The notes under the pieces were generated by a model. That model searched no databases. It was not told the origin of the DNA and was given only the letters and a program-made list of their open reading frames with translations. Below, piece by piece: positions 8,304-15,833 of a stretch of 15,925 bases of DNA (position 1 is its first letter; each line of letters begins with the position of its first letter). Made by a program: the position numbers and the translations under genes. Origin of the DNA: Verrucomicrobiota bacterium (lineage in GTDB: Bacteria; Verrucomicrobiota; Lentisphaeria; Lentisphaerales; Lentisphaeraceae); assembly GCA_039798785.1 (NCBI GenBank), contig JBDKFG010000089.1, positions 1 through 15,925 on the forward strand, given 5' to 3'.

Positions 8304-10679
8304 ATGCTCCACCGCACCCTGGCCCTGCTGCTGCTCACCGCTGCGAGCGCTTGCAAAGAAAACCCGCCCCATGTGAAAACCTCAGGAAAGAAAAACGCCC
8401 CGGTCGCGGCCACCGCAAAAGCTCCCGCCGCCGCCGCACCGAGCCTGAGCAGCCGCCTCGACTCGGTGGCCCTGCCACCGCTGAAGTTCACCGAGCTCAA
8501 AATCGCCGAAGCCGCGTCCCTCTGGCGCGATACCCTGATCCAAGTCGATCCCGCCTTCGCCCAGCTCGGCCTCCTCCTGCCCCTCGAAGACGGCCCCAGC
8601 TTGAGCCTGGAAATCCCCGCCGGATCGGCCGGAAAATCCCTCGCCACCTTGCTCCAATTCTACGCTTGCGACAGCCGCAAAGGCCCCGCCCATGTCTCCA
8701 TCCAGAAAGCCGGCTCGGCCTTCGCCGAAGATGGCCCCTGGATCGCCTGCCGATATGGACTGCCCTGTGGCTTCATCGACCTCATCAGCGACAAAGTTTT
8801 CTGTGCCTGCGATTGCACTCCGGAACTCTCCGATAAAGAGCGACAAGAGTTGATGCTCAAGTTTTTGAAGAAACAAGGCTGCCATCTCGCGCCCGGCTTC
8901 GTACTCGAGTTTCAAAATTGGGGCGGCAGTCTTCTCTTCCTCGGCCAAGAAGCCGATCAGGCCAAGCTGCAGCAGATCCTCAAGAGAGAAGTTTACCCCA
9001 CTGGCACCCGCATCGACAGCGTCTGGCTGCGTGCCCCGGCGCCTTTCCCCGCCGCAACCGAAGTGGATCTAGCCAAGCTTTTGGTCGATCCGGCGCTGCG
9101 CGTCCTGTCGCATCAACAAGGACTGGCGCAATCGGGCCAAACCCAAATGTTGAATTTCAAGATTCAGCCTGTCGTCGCTCTCGGCGCCAAGGAGATCAGC
9201 GACGCCAGCGCCACGTCCCCGAGCTTCTGGGTCGACACCGTTCAAGATCAAGAAGAGTTCGAACCTTCCAGTGGCGATACGCTCCTTATCACGCCGACAG
9301 TGGATCCCGATGGCAAGCATCTTGACCTGGAAATCAAGCACAAGTTGAGCTGGTCGCTCGAGGATCCGTCCCGCCAACAAGCCTTCATCGCCGAAAACAA
9401 AGTGAAGCTGAGCTCCGGGGAAACCCGCATCCTGTCGCAGGAGCGGGAGAGCGACGGCAAGCACTGGCGGATCCACCTGGTCCGGCCGGAAGTCTCCACC
9501 ACCTACGCTTCGCCGACGCGGATGGAGCCGCTCAGCAATCACCAAATCCTCGGTGCCGATGCCGCCTTGTTGGCCCAACTGCAAGCTCCGGTCCCGACGG
9601 CAGATCGCGGCAGCCTGGACAAGGCCTTGCGGGCCTGGGCGGCGGCGGTGAAGATCGCCCTCAAGGAAAGCGGCGAGGCGATTTCCCCTCCCTTCGGTTC
9701 CTGCGGCCCCCTCAGCGCCGCGGTCATCCTGCAGGAGCTCAGCTTCCGCAGCCAGATGCAGGCGAGCTGGAAAGACGGCGCCCTGGAACTGCGCTGGCCG
9801 CAAAAAAACCGGAACTATCGGCTGGGGGAACGACCGCCAACTGTATACGAAATTTTACCTAATGAATCCTATGCAGGTCTGAGCCCTCAAGAAATCCTGG
9901 ACAAAGAATGGGAAGCATTTCTTAACGGCCCCTTATGGAAATCCAGTAAATCCGTGCGCGGCTACGGTGCGCAGAACCTCGCCATGAGCTTCACTTCGCC
10001 GCATGTCGAGCCCTATTTCCGCTGCTTCCTCAACTCGATTCTGAGCGAGCCCATCAACGGCGGCAGCATCCATGTCGAGGTGATGGAAATCCCAGCTTCG
10101 GAATTAGCCCGCCTTTCCAGCTCCTCGTCCAGCGACGCCGAGCTGCTCGCCGCTTTGAAAAGCGCCGCGAGTGCCAAGACCTTGCGCAGCCTCGAAGGCG
10201 CTATGCTGTCAGGGAGCACCGGGATCTTTCTCGCCGACATCTCCCAAGTGCTGCCGCAGAACTGGAAAAAGCCGGTTTTAATGGATCCCGGCAGCGGCGC
10301 CTTCCTCGCACCGCAGCCGGTGCCGGGCGACAGAACCAAGCTGGGCTGGCAGCTCGAATTCACTTCGATGATCGACCCCGACGGTCAAACCGTGGAAACC
10401 GAAATCAAGATCAGCGAGACCGCCCTCGTGGGCCAGGAAAAGCTGAAGCTCCAGGCCCAGGTAGGCAACAAGCCGGTGCAAAGCTTCCCCATCGAAGTGC
10501 CGGTCCTGCGTCAGCATCGCCTCGAAACCAAGGTCGAAAGCCGCTTCGGCCAGACGATCCTGATCGGGCGCAGCAGCGTCCCTGCAGAAAAGCCCGGCGA
10601 GATCGCGAGTCGCGAACGCCTCTTCTTCCTCCGGCTCGAGCCGCAGCGCCAGAAGCCGAAACACGAGGCGCTGCCGTAA
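8304..10679 (+). CDS. Lipoprotein with two tandem divergent secretin-like (PilQ/GspD-type) modules, 791 aa
   Basis: ATG 8304 follows GAGGAAA; lipobox MLHRTLALLLLTAASA-C. Secretin-like strands occur twice: SGQTQML...GDTLLITPTVDPDGKHLDLEIK...ENKVKLSSGETRIL...IHLVRPEV and SGSTGIF...LGWQLEFTSMIDPDGQTVETEIK...PVLRQHRLETKVESRFGQTILIG...RLFFLRLE. The CDS is secure; the family call is by eye. Confidence 0.7.
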   Translation: MLHRTLALLLLTAASACKENPPHVKTSGKKNAPVAATAKAPAAAAPSLSSRLDSVALPPLKFTELKIAEAASLWRDTLIQVDPAFAQLGLLLPLEDGPSLSLEIPAGSAGKSLATLLQFYACDSRKGPAHVSIQKAGSAFAEDGPWIACRYGLPCGFIDLISDKVFCACDCTPELSDKERQELMLKFLKKQGCHLAPGFVLEFQNWGGSLLFLGQEADQAKLQQILKREVYPTGTRIDSVWLRAPAPFPAATEVDLAKLLVDPALRVLSHQQGLAQSGQTQMLNFKIQPVVALGAKEISDASATSPSFWVDTVQDQEEFEPSSGDTLLITPTVDPDGKHLDLEIKHKLSWSLEDPSRQQAFIAENKVKLSSGETRILSQERESDGKHWRIHLVRPEVSTTYASPTRMEPLSNHQILGADAALLAQLQAPVPTADRGSLDKALRAWAAAVKIALKESGEAISPPFGSCGPLSAAVILQELSFRSQMQASWKDGALELRWPQKNRNYRLGERPPTVYEILPNESYAGLSPQEILDKEWEAFLNGPLWKSSKSVRGYGAQNLAMSFTSPHVEPYFRCFLNSILSEPINGGSIHVEVMEIPASELARLSSSSSSDAELLAALKSAASAKTLRSLEGAMLSGSTGIFLADISQVLPQNWKKPVLMDPGSGAFLAPQPVPGDRTKLGWQLEFTSMIDPDGQTVETEIKISETALVGQEKLKLQAQVGNKPVQSFPIEVPVLRQHRLETKVESRFGQTILIGRSSVPAEKPGEIASRERLFFLRLEPQRQKPKHEALP

Positions 10680-10692
10680 AGACTCCGCCGCT

Positions 10693-10756
10693 CTGTTTTG
10701 CCTTCTCTCCGATCATATGCTTTTTCCCTAGCGATCCTTTCAACCCGAGGAAAACC
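10693..10756 (+). promoter_or_regulatory. Duplicated promoter/5' UTR of lipoprotein 2
   Basis: gccttctctcc..tatgcttt..ttcaac.ccgaggaaa.ccATGct.caccgc.ccct.gccctgctgctgct is shared with 8247-8335; -10 TATGCT at 10716-10721. Confidence 0.6.
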
Positions 10757-12925
10757 ATGCTTCACCGCGCCCTTGCCCTGCTGCTGCTGAGCAGCGTCGC
10801 CGCCTGTTCCGAGAGAAGTCCCGCTCCGGTCAAAAAACCCAAACTCAGCAGCAAGGCGGCGCCGGCCGCGGCCCAAGTCGTCGCCCGGCCTCTGCCCGAA
10901 CGCCTGGGCGAGCTTTCCTTGCCGGAGCTCACTTGCAAGGGCAGCCTGGCCGAACTCGTCGACTTGTGGCGGAATGCGGTGATCGCAAAAGCCCCGGAGC
11001 TGAAAGACCTGCCTTTCGCCTACCTCCTAGACAGCGCCGCCTCCGGCGACTTCAAGCTCCCCGCCGGGCCGGCCCGGCAAAGCCTCGAAGCCCTCGCCAA
11101 AGAGCTGAAAATGAGCCTCATCCTCGATCCCGGCGGCATCCTCCTGGCGCCGCCGCCGAAATGGGAATACCGGGCGATTCCGGTGCCCGGCAGTGAAGAG
11201 ATGCTGAAAGCCGTCGAGGAAAAAGGTGGCTGGGCGGCCTACTTGAAACCGTTCAATGCCGAGATCCCCGAGGACGGATTGATCGACCGTGAAGGAACAA
11301 CCCTCCATGTCGTCTTGCCGCCGGAGCAAGCCAACAAGCTCGCGTCAATTCTGCGGCCACTTTGCTTCTCCTCTCCTGATCTGACGCTCGAGCAACTCAA
11401 TCTCGAAATTCCGCGTCAATTCCTGATCGAAACCGATCCGCAGACTCATGCCGATTGGGCGGCGATTCTGCGCCAGCCGCAATGCCGGATCCTACACCGC
11501 GACTTTTCACCGGGACGCAGTGGCTTCACCGGGGTCATCCGCGCCGTGAAGGAATATCCCGGCATCGAGGAAGTGGAGCGAGGTGTTGGGCTCTATCCCG
11601 ATGCCGATCCCCTTTCTGGCTCGATTCCGGTTGCAAATTGCGGGGTTTACAGCGAAAGGATCAATTTTGGGGATCCCGTGGATTACGGCCGCGTCTTAAC
11701 CTTCACGCCCACTCTGGATCCCGACGGCGTGGCTCTGGATATCGAAACCAAATGGCAGGAGAAAATCCTGAGAGTGCCGAATGAACCGAGGCCGGAGGAC
11801 GCGCATGTTCACAGCGTCGACACCAAGATCCGGCAGCGTCTCGGGGATTATTGGGAACTGACCCGCGAGCTCAGTGCCGATGGCCAGAGTTTCACCGTGC
11901 AATTGCTGCGAATCAAGTCCCTGGTGAATCCTGAACCGCCATGGGCGGCGGCGATCCCCGCTTCGTGGCGGTCCCGCCTGAACGATGTGCTGCCGCCTCT
12001 TGCAGGCGTGAGCCCGGTGGCGGCGCTTCAGGCCTGGAGTCAAAACGCCGGCTGGGAATGCCGGATCCAAGGTCAAATGCCGGACTTGAAGATGAACAGC
12101 CAGGGGGCGCTGAGCGTCGGCGCTTGCCTGCGGCTTCTCGAAAGCCAGGGGATTTTTATCGAATTCGGTCAGGCGAACTGGACTCTGTCGGGTCCGCAGA
12201 AAGAGCTGAATTTTCCTCGCGGGGATGCCGCAGAATACCTGGTCGATTCCGGGCTCTTTGGCAAAAGCAGCGAACGCACGGCCACCGGCATCCGCTTCGA
12301 CAAGCTCAGCCCCAGCTCCTGGCTCTTCTTGCAATCGCGACGCCAAGCTCTCAAGCCCTTCCTGTCCCCGATGCTGCGCTTGGAGTCCTACGAGGTCGCC
12401 TTCACCGACATCGCGACGATGGATCTGGAGAGGGCTGATCTGCCCCGCCACATCGCCGCGCTCAAAGACGCAAAACTGGAGCTGTACCAACCCATGCCCT
12501 TTGTCTTCGGGCAGACTTTTGTGATTCGCCAGGTTGAATCCAAGTATCTTCCCTTTGACTGGAGCAGCCCAAGCCTCCTGGATCCCGCAAGCGGACGCTT
12601 CTTGCCGCCAGAACCGGAGTACCGTGATGCAAGGAACATCGGGCCGATTTTCGAGGCGACGATTAAGTGCGATTCGGACAACGTTGATATGGATTTCAAA
12701 TTCTCCCATTTGAGCCTCAATGAAACGGCCAAGTACAGCCTCAAGGCCCAACTGAGCGGCAAGCCCGAACAGAAGTTTTCGATCGAGATGCCGATCATTC
12801 AGGTTTTTTCGGTCGAGAGCCAAGCCTCCCTCGTCGCCGGCCGCCCCCGCCTGCTCGCGATCCGCGAGTCCAGCCCTGGCCGGGTCCGGCTCGTCTTCGC
12901 CACCCTGCTGCCCGCCAGAAATTGA
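10757..12925 (+). CDS. Paralogous lipoprotein with two tandem divergent secretin-like modules, 722 aa
   Basis: Lipobox MLHRALALLLLSSVAA-C. Module 1: SGFTGVIRAVKEYP...YGRVLTFTPTLDPDGVALDIETK...VDTKIRQRLG. Module 2: FGQTFVIRQVESKYLP...IGPIFEATIKCDSDNVDMDFK...MPIIQVFSVESQASLVAG...RLVFATL. C-terminal blocks align clearly with 8304..10679. Confidence 0.7.
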   Translation: MLHRALALLLLSSVAACSERSPAPVKKPKLSSKAAPAAAQVVARPLPERLGELSLPELTCKGSLAELVDLWRNAVIAKAPELKDLPFAYLLDSAASGDFKLPAGPARQSLEALAKELKMSLILDPGGILLAPPPKWEYRAIPVPGSEEMLKAVEEKGGWAAYLKPFNAEIPEDGLIDREGTTLHVVLPPEQANKLASILRPLCFSSPDLTLEQLNLEIPRQFLIETDPQTHADWAAILRQPQCRILHRDFSPGRSGFTGVIRAVKEYPGIEEVERGVGLYPDADPLSGSIPVANCGVYSERINFGDPVDYGRVLTFTPTLDPDGVALDIETKWQEKILRVPNEPRPEDAHVHSVDTKIRQRLGDYWELTRELSADGQSFTVQLLRIKSLVNPEPPWAAAIPASWRSRLNDVLPPLAGVSPVAALQAWSQNAGWECRIQGQMPDLKMNSQGALSVGACLRLLESQGIFIEFGQANWTLSGPQKELNFPRGDAAEYLVDSGLFGKSSERTATGIRFDKLSPSSWLFLQSRRQALKPFLSPMLRLESYEVAFTDIATMDLERADLPRHIAALKDAKLELYQPMPFVFGQTFVIRQVESKYLPFDWSSPSLLDPASGRFLPPEPEYRDARNIGPIFEATIKCDSDNVDMDFKFSHLSLNETAKYSLKAQLSGKPEQKFSIEMPIIQVFSVESQASLVAGRPRLLAIRESSPGRVRLVFATLLPARN

Positions 12926-12994
12926 CGCCGCCGGAGGCTTTTCCATCTTGCGCTTGACGGCGTATCTTCCCGGACCGAAAACCCCGGAGAAGCC

Positions 12995-13336
12995 ATGACT
13001 GACACCCTCTTCAGCAAAATCATCCGCCGCGAAATCCCGGCGCAGATCGTCTACGAGGACGAACTCTGCCTCGCCTTCCGCGACATCCAGCCGCAGGCGC
13101 CGCAGCACCTGCTCCTCATCCCCAAGAAGCCGATCGCCAAGCTCAGCGAGGCCTCGGCCGAGGACAAGGCCCTGCTCGGCCACCTGATGTTCGCCGCCGG
13201 CGAGATCGCCCGCCAGGAAGGCTTCGCCGAAGCCTTCCGCGTCGTCGTCAACAACGGCGCCGGCGCCCAGCAGAGCGTCTTCCACCTCCACCTGCATCTC
13301 CTTGCGGGCCGTCCCTTCCACTGGCCTCCGGGCTGA
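12995..13336 (+). CDS. hinT: Histidine triad (HIT) nucleotide-binding protein, 113 aa
   Basis: TLFSKIIRREIPA, AFRDIQPQAPQHLLLIPK, FRVVVNNGAGAQQSVFHLHLHLLAGR (HxHxH triad), WPPG C-terminus. Confidence 0.95.
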   Translation: MTDTLFSKIIRREIPAQIVYEDELCLAFRDIQPQAPQHLLLIPKKPIAKLSEASAEDKALLGHLMFAAGEIARQEGFAEAFRVVVNNGAGAQQSVFHLHLHLLAGRPFHWPPG

Positions 13337-13347
13337 GGAGAATCATC

Positions 13348-13737
13348 ATGTCCTTCAAGACCGAAAAAGGCATGGGCCGCGATCCGCAGTCCGCCAAGAT
13401 CAAAGCCACCTACCTGCGCTACCTCAAGGCCCACGGCGGCGACCGCACCGCCGCCGCCAAGGCGGTCGGGATGGACGAAGTCCAGATCCGCTCCTGGCGC
13501 CACATGGATGCGGAATTCCAGAAAGCCTACAAGGACATCATCGCCGGTGTCGACGGCTCGCCCGACCAGGAAGCCAAAAAAACCAAGATGCTCCAGCTCA
13601 TCGCCGCCGGCAAGTCGCAGCGCGAAGCCTGCGACGAACTCGAGATCGGCCATCCCCAGCTCCGCACTTGGAAGAAGAAGGATGACCTCTTCAAGCAACG
13701 CCTCCTCAAGCTCCGCGGCGGCGAAGACGAAGACTGA
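13348..13737 (+). CDS. Hypothetical protein with two tandem helix-turn-helix-like repeats, 129 aa
   Basis: RBS GAGGAG; host-like codon usage. Repeats RTAAAKAVGMDEVQIRSWRHMDAEF and QREACDELEIGHPQLRTWKKKDDLF. Confidence 0.8.
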   Translation: MSFKTEKGMGRDPQSAKIKATYLRYLKAHGGDRTAAAKAVGMDEVQIRSWRHMDAEFQKAYKDIIAGVDGSPDQEAKKTKMLQLIAAGKSQREACDELEIGHPQLRTWKKKDDLFKQRLLKLRGGEDED

Positions 13738-13744
13738 GAAAGAC

Positions 13745-13848
13745 TTGTAAGGGTTTTAGGAGTTGTAAGGGTTTTAGGGGCGAACGCAGCCCCCTTGCAT
13801 TCCAGCTCTTGCCCTGAAATCCTTCCAACCCCTAACCCCCTAAAACCC
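13745..13848. repeat. Inverted-repeat element with ~9-bp degenerate tandem units
   Basis: TTGTAAGGGTTTTAGG x2 at 18-bp period (13745-13760, 13763-13778); complementary C-rich arm ccttccaacccctaaccccctaaaaccc (13821-13848). Confidence 0.75.
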
Positions 13849-15327
13849 ATGCTCCTCTCCGTTTTTCTGATTACCCAGCAGGCGGCCGCTCCGGCGGCGT
13901 CGCCTTTGCGCCCCTTGGAATGGACCCTGCCGGCGGGATGGAAGGAAGGAGGCGCGGTGCCGGGCGGCTGGAGCTTCGTGCTGCCGGACCAGCGAGTTCT
14001 GATCTTCACGTCCCAGGTGGCGCCGAAGGAGCGTGCGGAATTGATGACCGGGATGTGGCAGGCCCGTTCCGGCGAGAAGCCCCTGGCCCTGATCCATCTG
14101 GCCCGCCAGGTCAAGACCTCGGCTGGCGGCGCCCTCATCGTCCGCATCGGCGGAAAATCCCCGCTCGACGCCGCCTTCCTGATGCAGCGCGGCCTGCTCT
14201 GGACTCTGCGCAGCGAAGGGACTCAGGCCCAGCTCGACGCCGCCTTTCCTGCTTTTGAATCCTTCGTCCTCAGCCTGCGCAAGTCCGAGCCTTTCGACGG
14301 CGAGCTGGAGCGCCTTCACCAAGCGACCTTGAAAGGCGACGCCGGCGCTTCGGTCCGGCTGGCCGAAATCCTCCTCGACGGAAAATTCTGCAAGCCCGTC
14401 CCGGAACTGGCTGAGCAAGTCCTGGCGGCGGCGGCCAAGCTCGGCGAGCCACTCGCCAACCTCCGCTACGGAGAGCTGCTTCTGCGGGAACGAGGCGCAA
14501 GCGCCGCCGACCCCCAAGGAGCCTACAACGCCTTCAAGAAGGCGGCCGACGGCGGTCTTGCCCAGGGCCTCACCCGAATGGGATGCCTGTTGATCAGCGG
14601 GGCCGCCACCGGCAAGCCCGATCTCGAGCTTGGCGCCATCCTCCTGTCGCAGGCGGCGGAGAAGGACGATGCGGAGGCCATGCTCCTCCTCGCCCGCCTG
14701 CAGCTTCACGGCGGCAAGCTCGGTGAAATCGGCCGCAAAAGACTCGAAAAAGCCGCCGGCCTTGGCTACGCCCCGGCCCAGGCGGAACTCGGACGTCTGA
14801 TCCGCGACGGCTCCCTCGACGGGGACAGGGGGCACGCCGAAGAACTCTTCCGCTCCGCCATCCGCCAGGGCCATGCCGGCGCCCTCCTCGACCTTGCCTT
14901 GATGCAGAAGAATCCCGACGAGGAGCTGCGTCTCGTCCTCCTCGCCACCGAACGCGGCAACCGCGAAGCGCTGGTGCACCTCGCCGCGATGCTCCTCGAG
15001 GGCCGCGGCCTGAGCAGGAGCCCCTCGCAGGCGAAGGCCCTGCTCGGGCTCGCCGCCCAGGCCGGCTCAGTCAACGCGCTCCTCGTCATCGGCGACCTTT
15101 TCGAACAAGGTTCGGGCGAGATCAAGGCCGATCCCGCCGCCGCCCTTGCGGAGTTCCGCAAGGCCGCCGCCGCCGGCAGTGCAGAAGGCCACTACCGCGC
15201 CGCCCTGCTGCTGCTGCGCAGCTCCCCTGAGCAGCGACCCGCCGCCCTCGCCGCGCTGCGCGATGCCGCCCAGGCCGGCCATGCCGCCGCCAGCCGGCGC
15301 CTGCGCGACGAACAATCAAAGCCCTAA
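13849..15327 (+). CDS. Sel1-like (SLR/TPR) repeat protein with a distinct N-terminal domain, 492 aa
   Basis: Repeated ~36-aa units such as AYNAFKKAADGGLAQGLTRMGCLLISG, LEKAAGLGYAPAQAELGRLIRDG and EFRKAAAAGSAEGHYRAALLL. Start at ATG 13849 is preferred over TTG 13795, which lies inside the repeat element. Confidence 0.85.
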   Translation: MLLSVFLITQQAAAPAASPLRPLEWTLPAGWKEGGAVPGGWSFVLPDQRVLIFTSQVAPKERAELMTGMWQARSGEKPLALIHLARQVKTSAGGALIVRIGGKSPLDAAFLMQRGLLWTLRSEGTQAQLDAAFPAFESFVLSLRKSEPFDGELERLHQATLKGDAGASVRLAEILLDGKFCKPVPELAEQVLAAAAKLGEPLANLRYGELLLRERGASAADPQGAYNAFKKAADGGLAQGLTRMGCLLISGAATGKPDLELGAILLSQAAEKDDAEAMLLLARLQLHGGKLGEIGRKRLEKAAGLGYAPAQAELGRLIRDGSLDGDRGHAEELFRSAIRQGHAGALLDLALMQKNPDEELRLVLLATERGNREALVHLAAMLLEGRGLSRSPSQAKALLGLAAQAGSVNALLVIGDLFEQGSGEIKADPAAALAEFRKAAAAGSAEGHYRAALLLLRSSPEQRPAALAALRDAAQAGHAAASRRLRDEQSKP

Positions 15328-15346
15328 AGCTTTTTTCGCACCGCAC

Positions 15347-15374
15347 TCGCAATCCCTTGATGCCGTGCTAGCTT
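15347..15374 (+). promoter_or_regulatory. Putative promoter of infA (extended -10)
   Basis: TCGCAA - 16 bp - TAGCTT with an upstream TG (TGcTAGCTT). Confidence 0.4.
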
Positions 15375-15432
15375 CGCAGCCGTTCAAAACCCAACCAGTG
15401 CTTTTTTCACAGACAACAGGAGTTCACAACCA

Positions 15433-15648
15433 GTGCCGGAAGATACGATCAAGGCCGAGGGCATCGTCAAAGAACTGCTCTCCAATGGCATCTACCGAGT
15501 CGAGCTTGAGGGCGGCCACAACGTCCAAGCTCACGTCAAAGGTAAAATGCGCATGTTCAACATCCGCATCCTCGCAGGAGACCAGGTCTCCGTCGAGATG
15601 TCCCCCTACGACCTCACCAAGGGACGCATCGTCTTCCGCAAGAAGTGA
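15433..15648 (+). CDS. infA: Translation initiation factor IF-1, 71 aa (GTG start)
   Basis: [21 protein letters not shown]...[45 protein letters not shown] at 15418-15422. Confidence 0.97.
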   Translation: MPEDTIKAEGIVKELLSNGIYRVELEGGHNVQAHVKGKMRMFNIRILAGDQVSVEMSPYDLTKGRIVFRKK

Positions 15649-15666
15649 TCTTCCGCGAGTCGAAGC

Positions 15667-15700
15667 AAGCCGCCGCGGCTCCCCGCAGGCGGCTTTGTCT
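15667..15700 (+). terminator. Probable intrinsic terminator after infA
   Basis: AAGCCGCC-GCGG-ctcc-CCGC-a-GGCGGCTT stem followed by a weak T-rich tail (tttgtct). Confidence 0.55.
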
Positions 15701-15833
15701 CGCCTGCCCCCGATCAGTTCCAGACACGTTTTCGCCATCCTGCGACACGCGGAATAAACGTCAGCAGTCTTTGCTTTTCTCCTCGCTCCGCTAGCGTAGC
15801 CGGTGCACCAAATCCAGCATCAGGAAAAAAGCC

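Noticed and set aside
10733..10745. 13-bp identity GATCCTTTCAACC with the repeat arm at 8112-8124
   Set aside because: It is a single short match within a UTR whose paralogous copy already contains TTCAAC; it cannot be distinguished from chance.
8304..12925. Diversity-generating retroelement acting on the paralogs
   Set aside because: No reverse transcriptase in the window and no near-identical TR/VR pair differing only at adenines.
11696..13321. 541-aa minus-strand ORF, and other long alternative-frame ORFs (131..934, 3239..4090, 3513..4544, 13840..14979, etc.)
   Set aside because: They overlap well-supported genes, have Arg/Pro/Gly-rich or antisense-typical composition, and are expected in high-GC DNA.
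13745..13780. Telomere-like or G-quadruplex-forming repeat (TTTTAGG/GGG runs)
   Set aside because: Only three runs of three or more G on this arm, internal chromosomal position, and better explained as one arm of an inverted repeat.
15700..15833. tRNA or riboswitch downstream of infA (contains ...GCACCA)
   Set aside because: No cloverleaf or T-loop GTTCRA; the region is explained by a terminator and a promoter.
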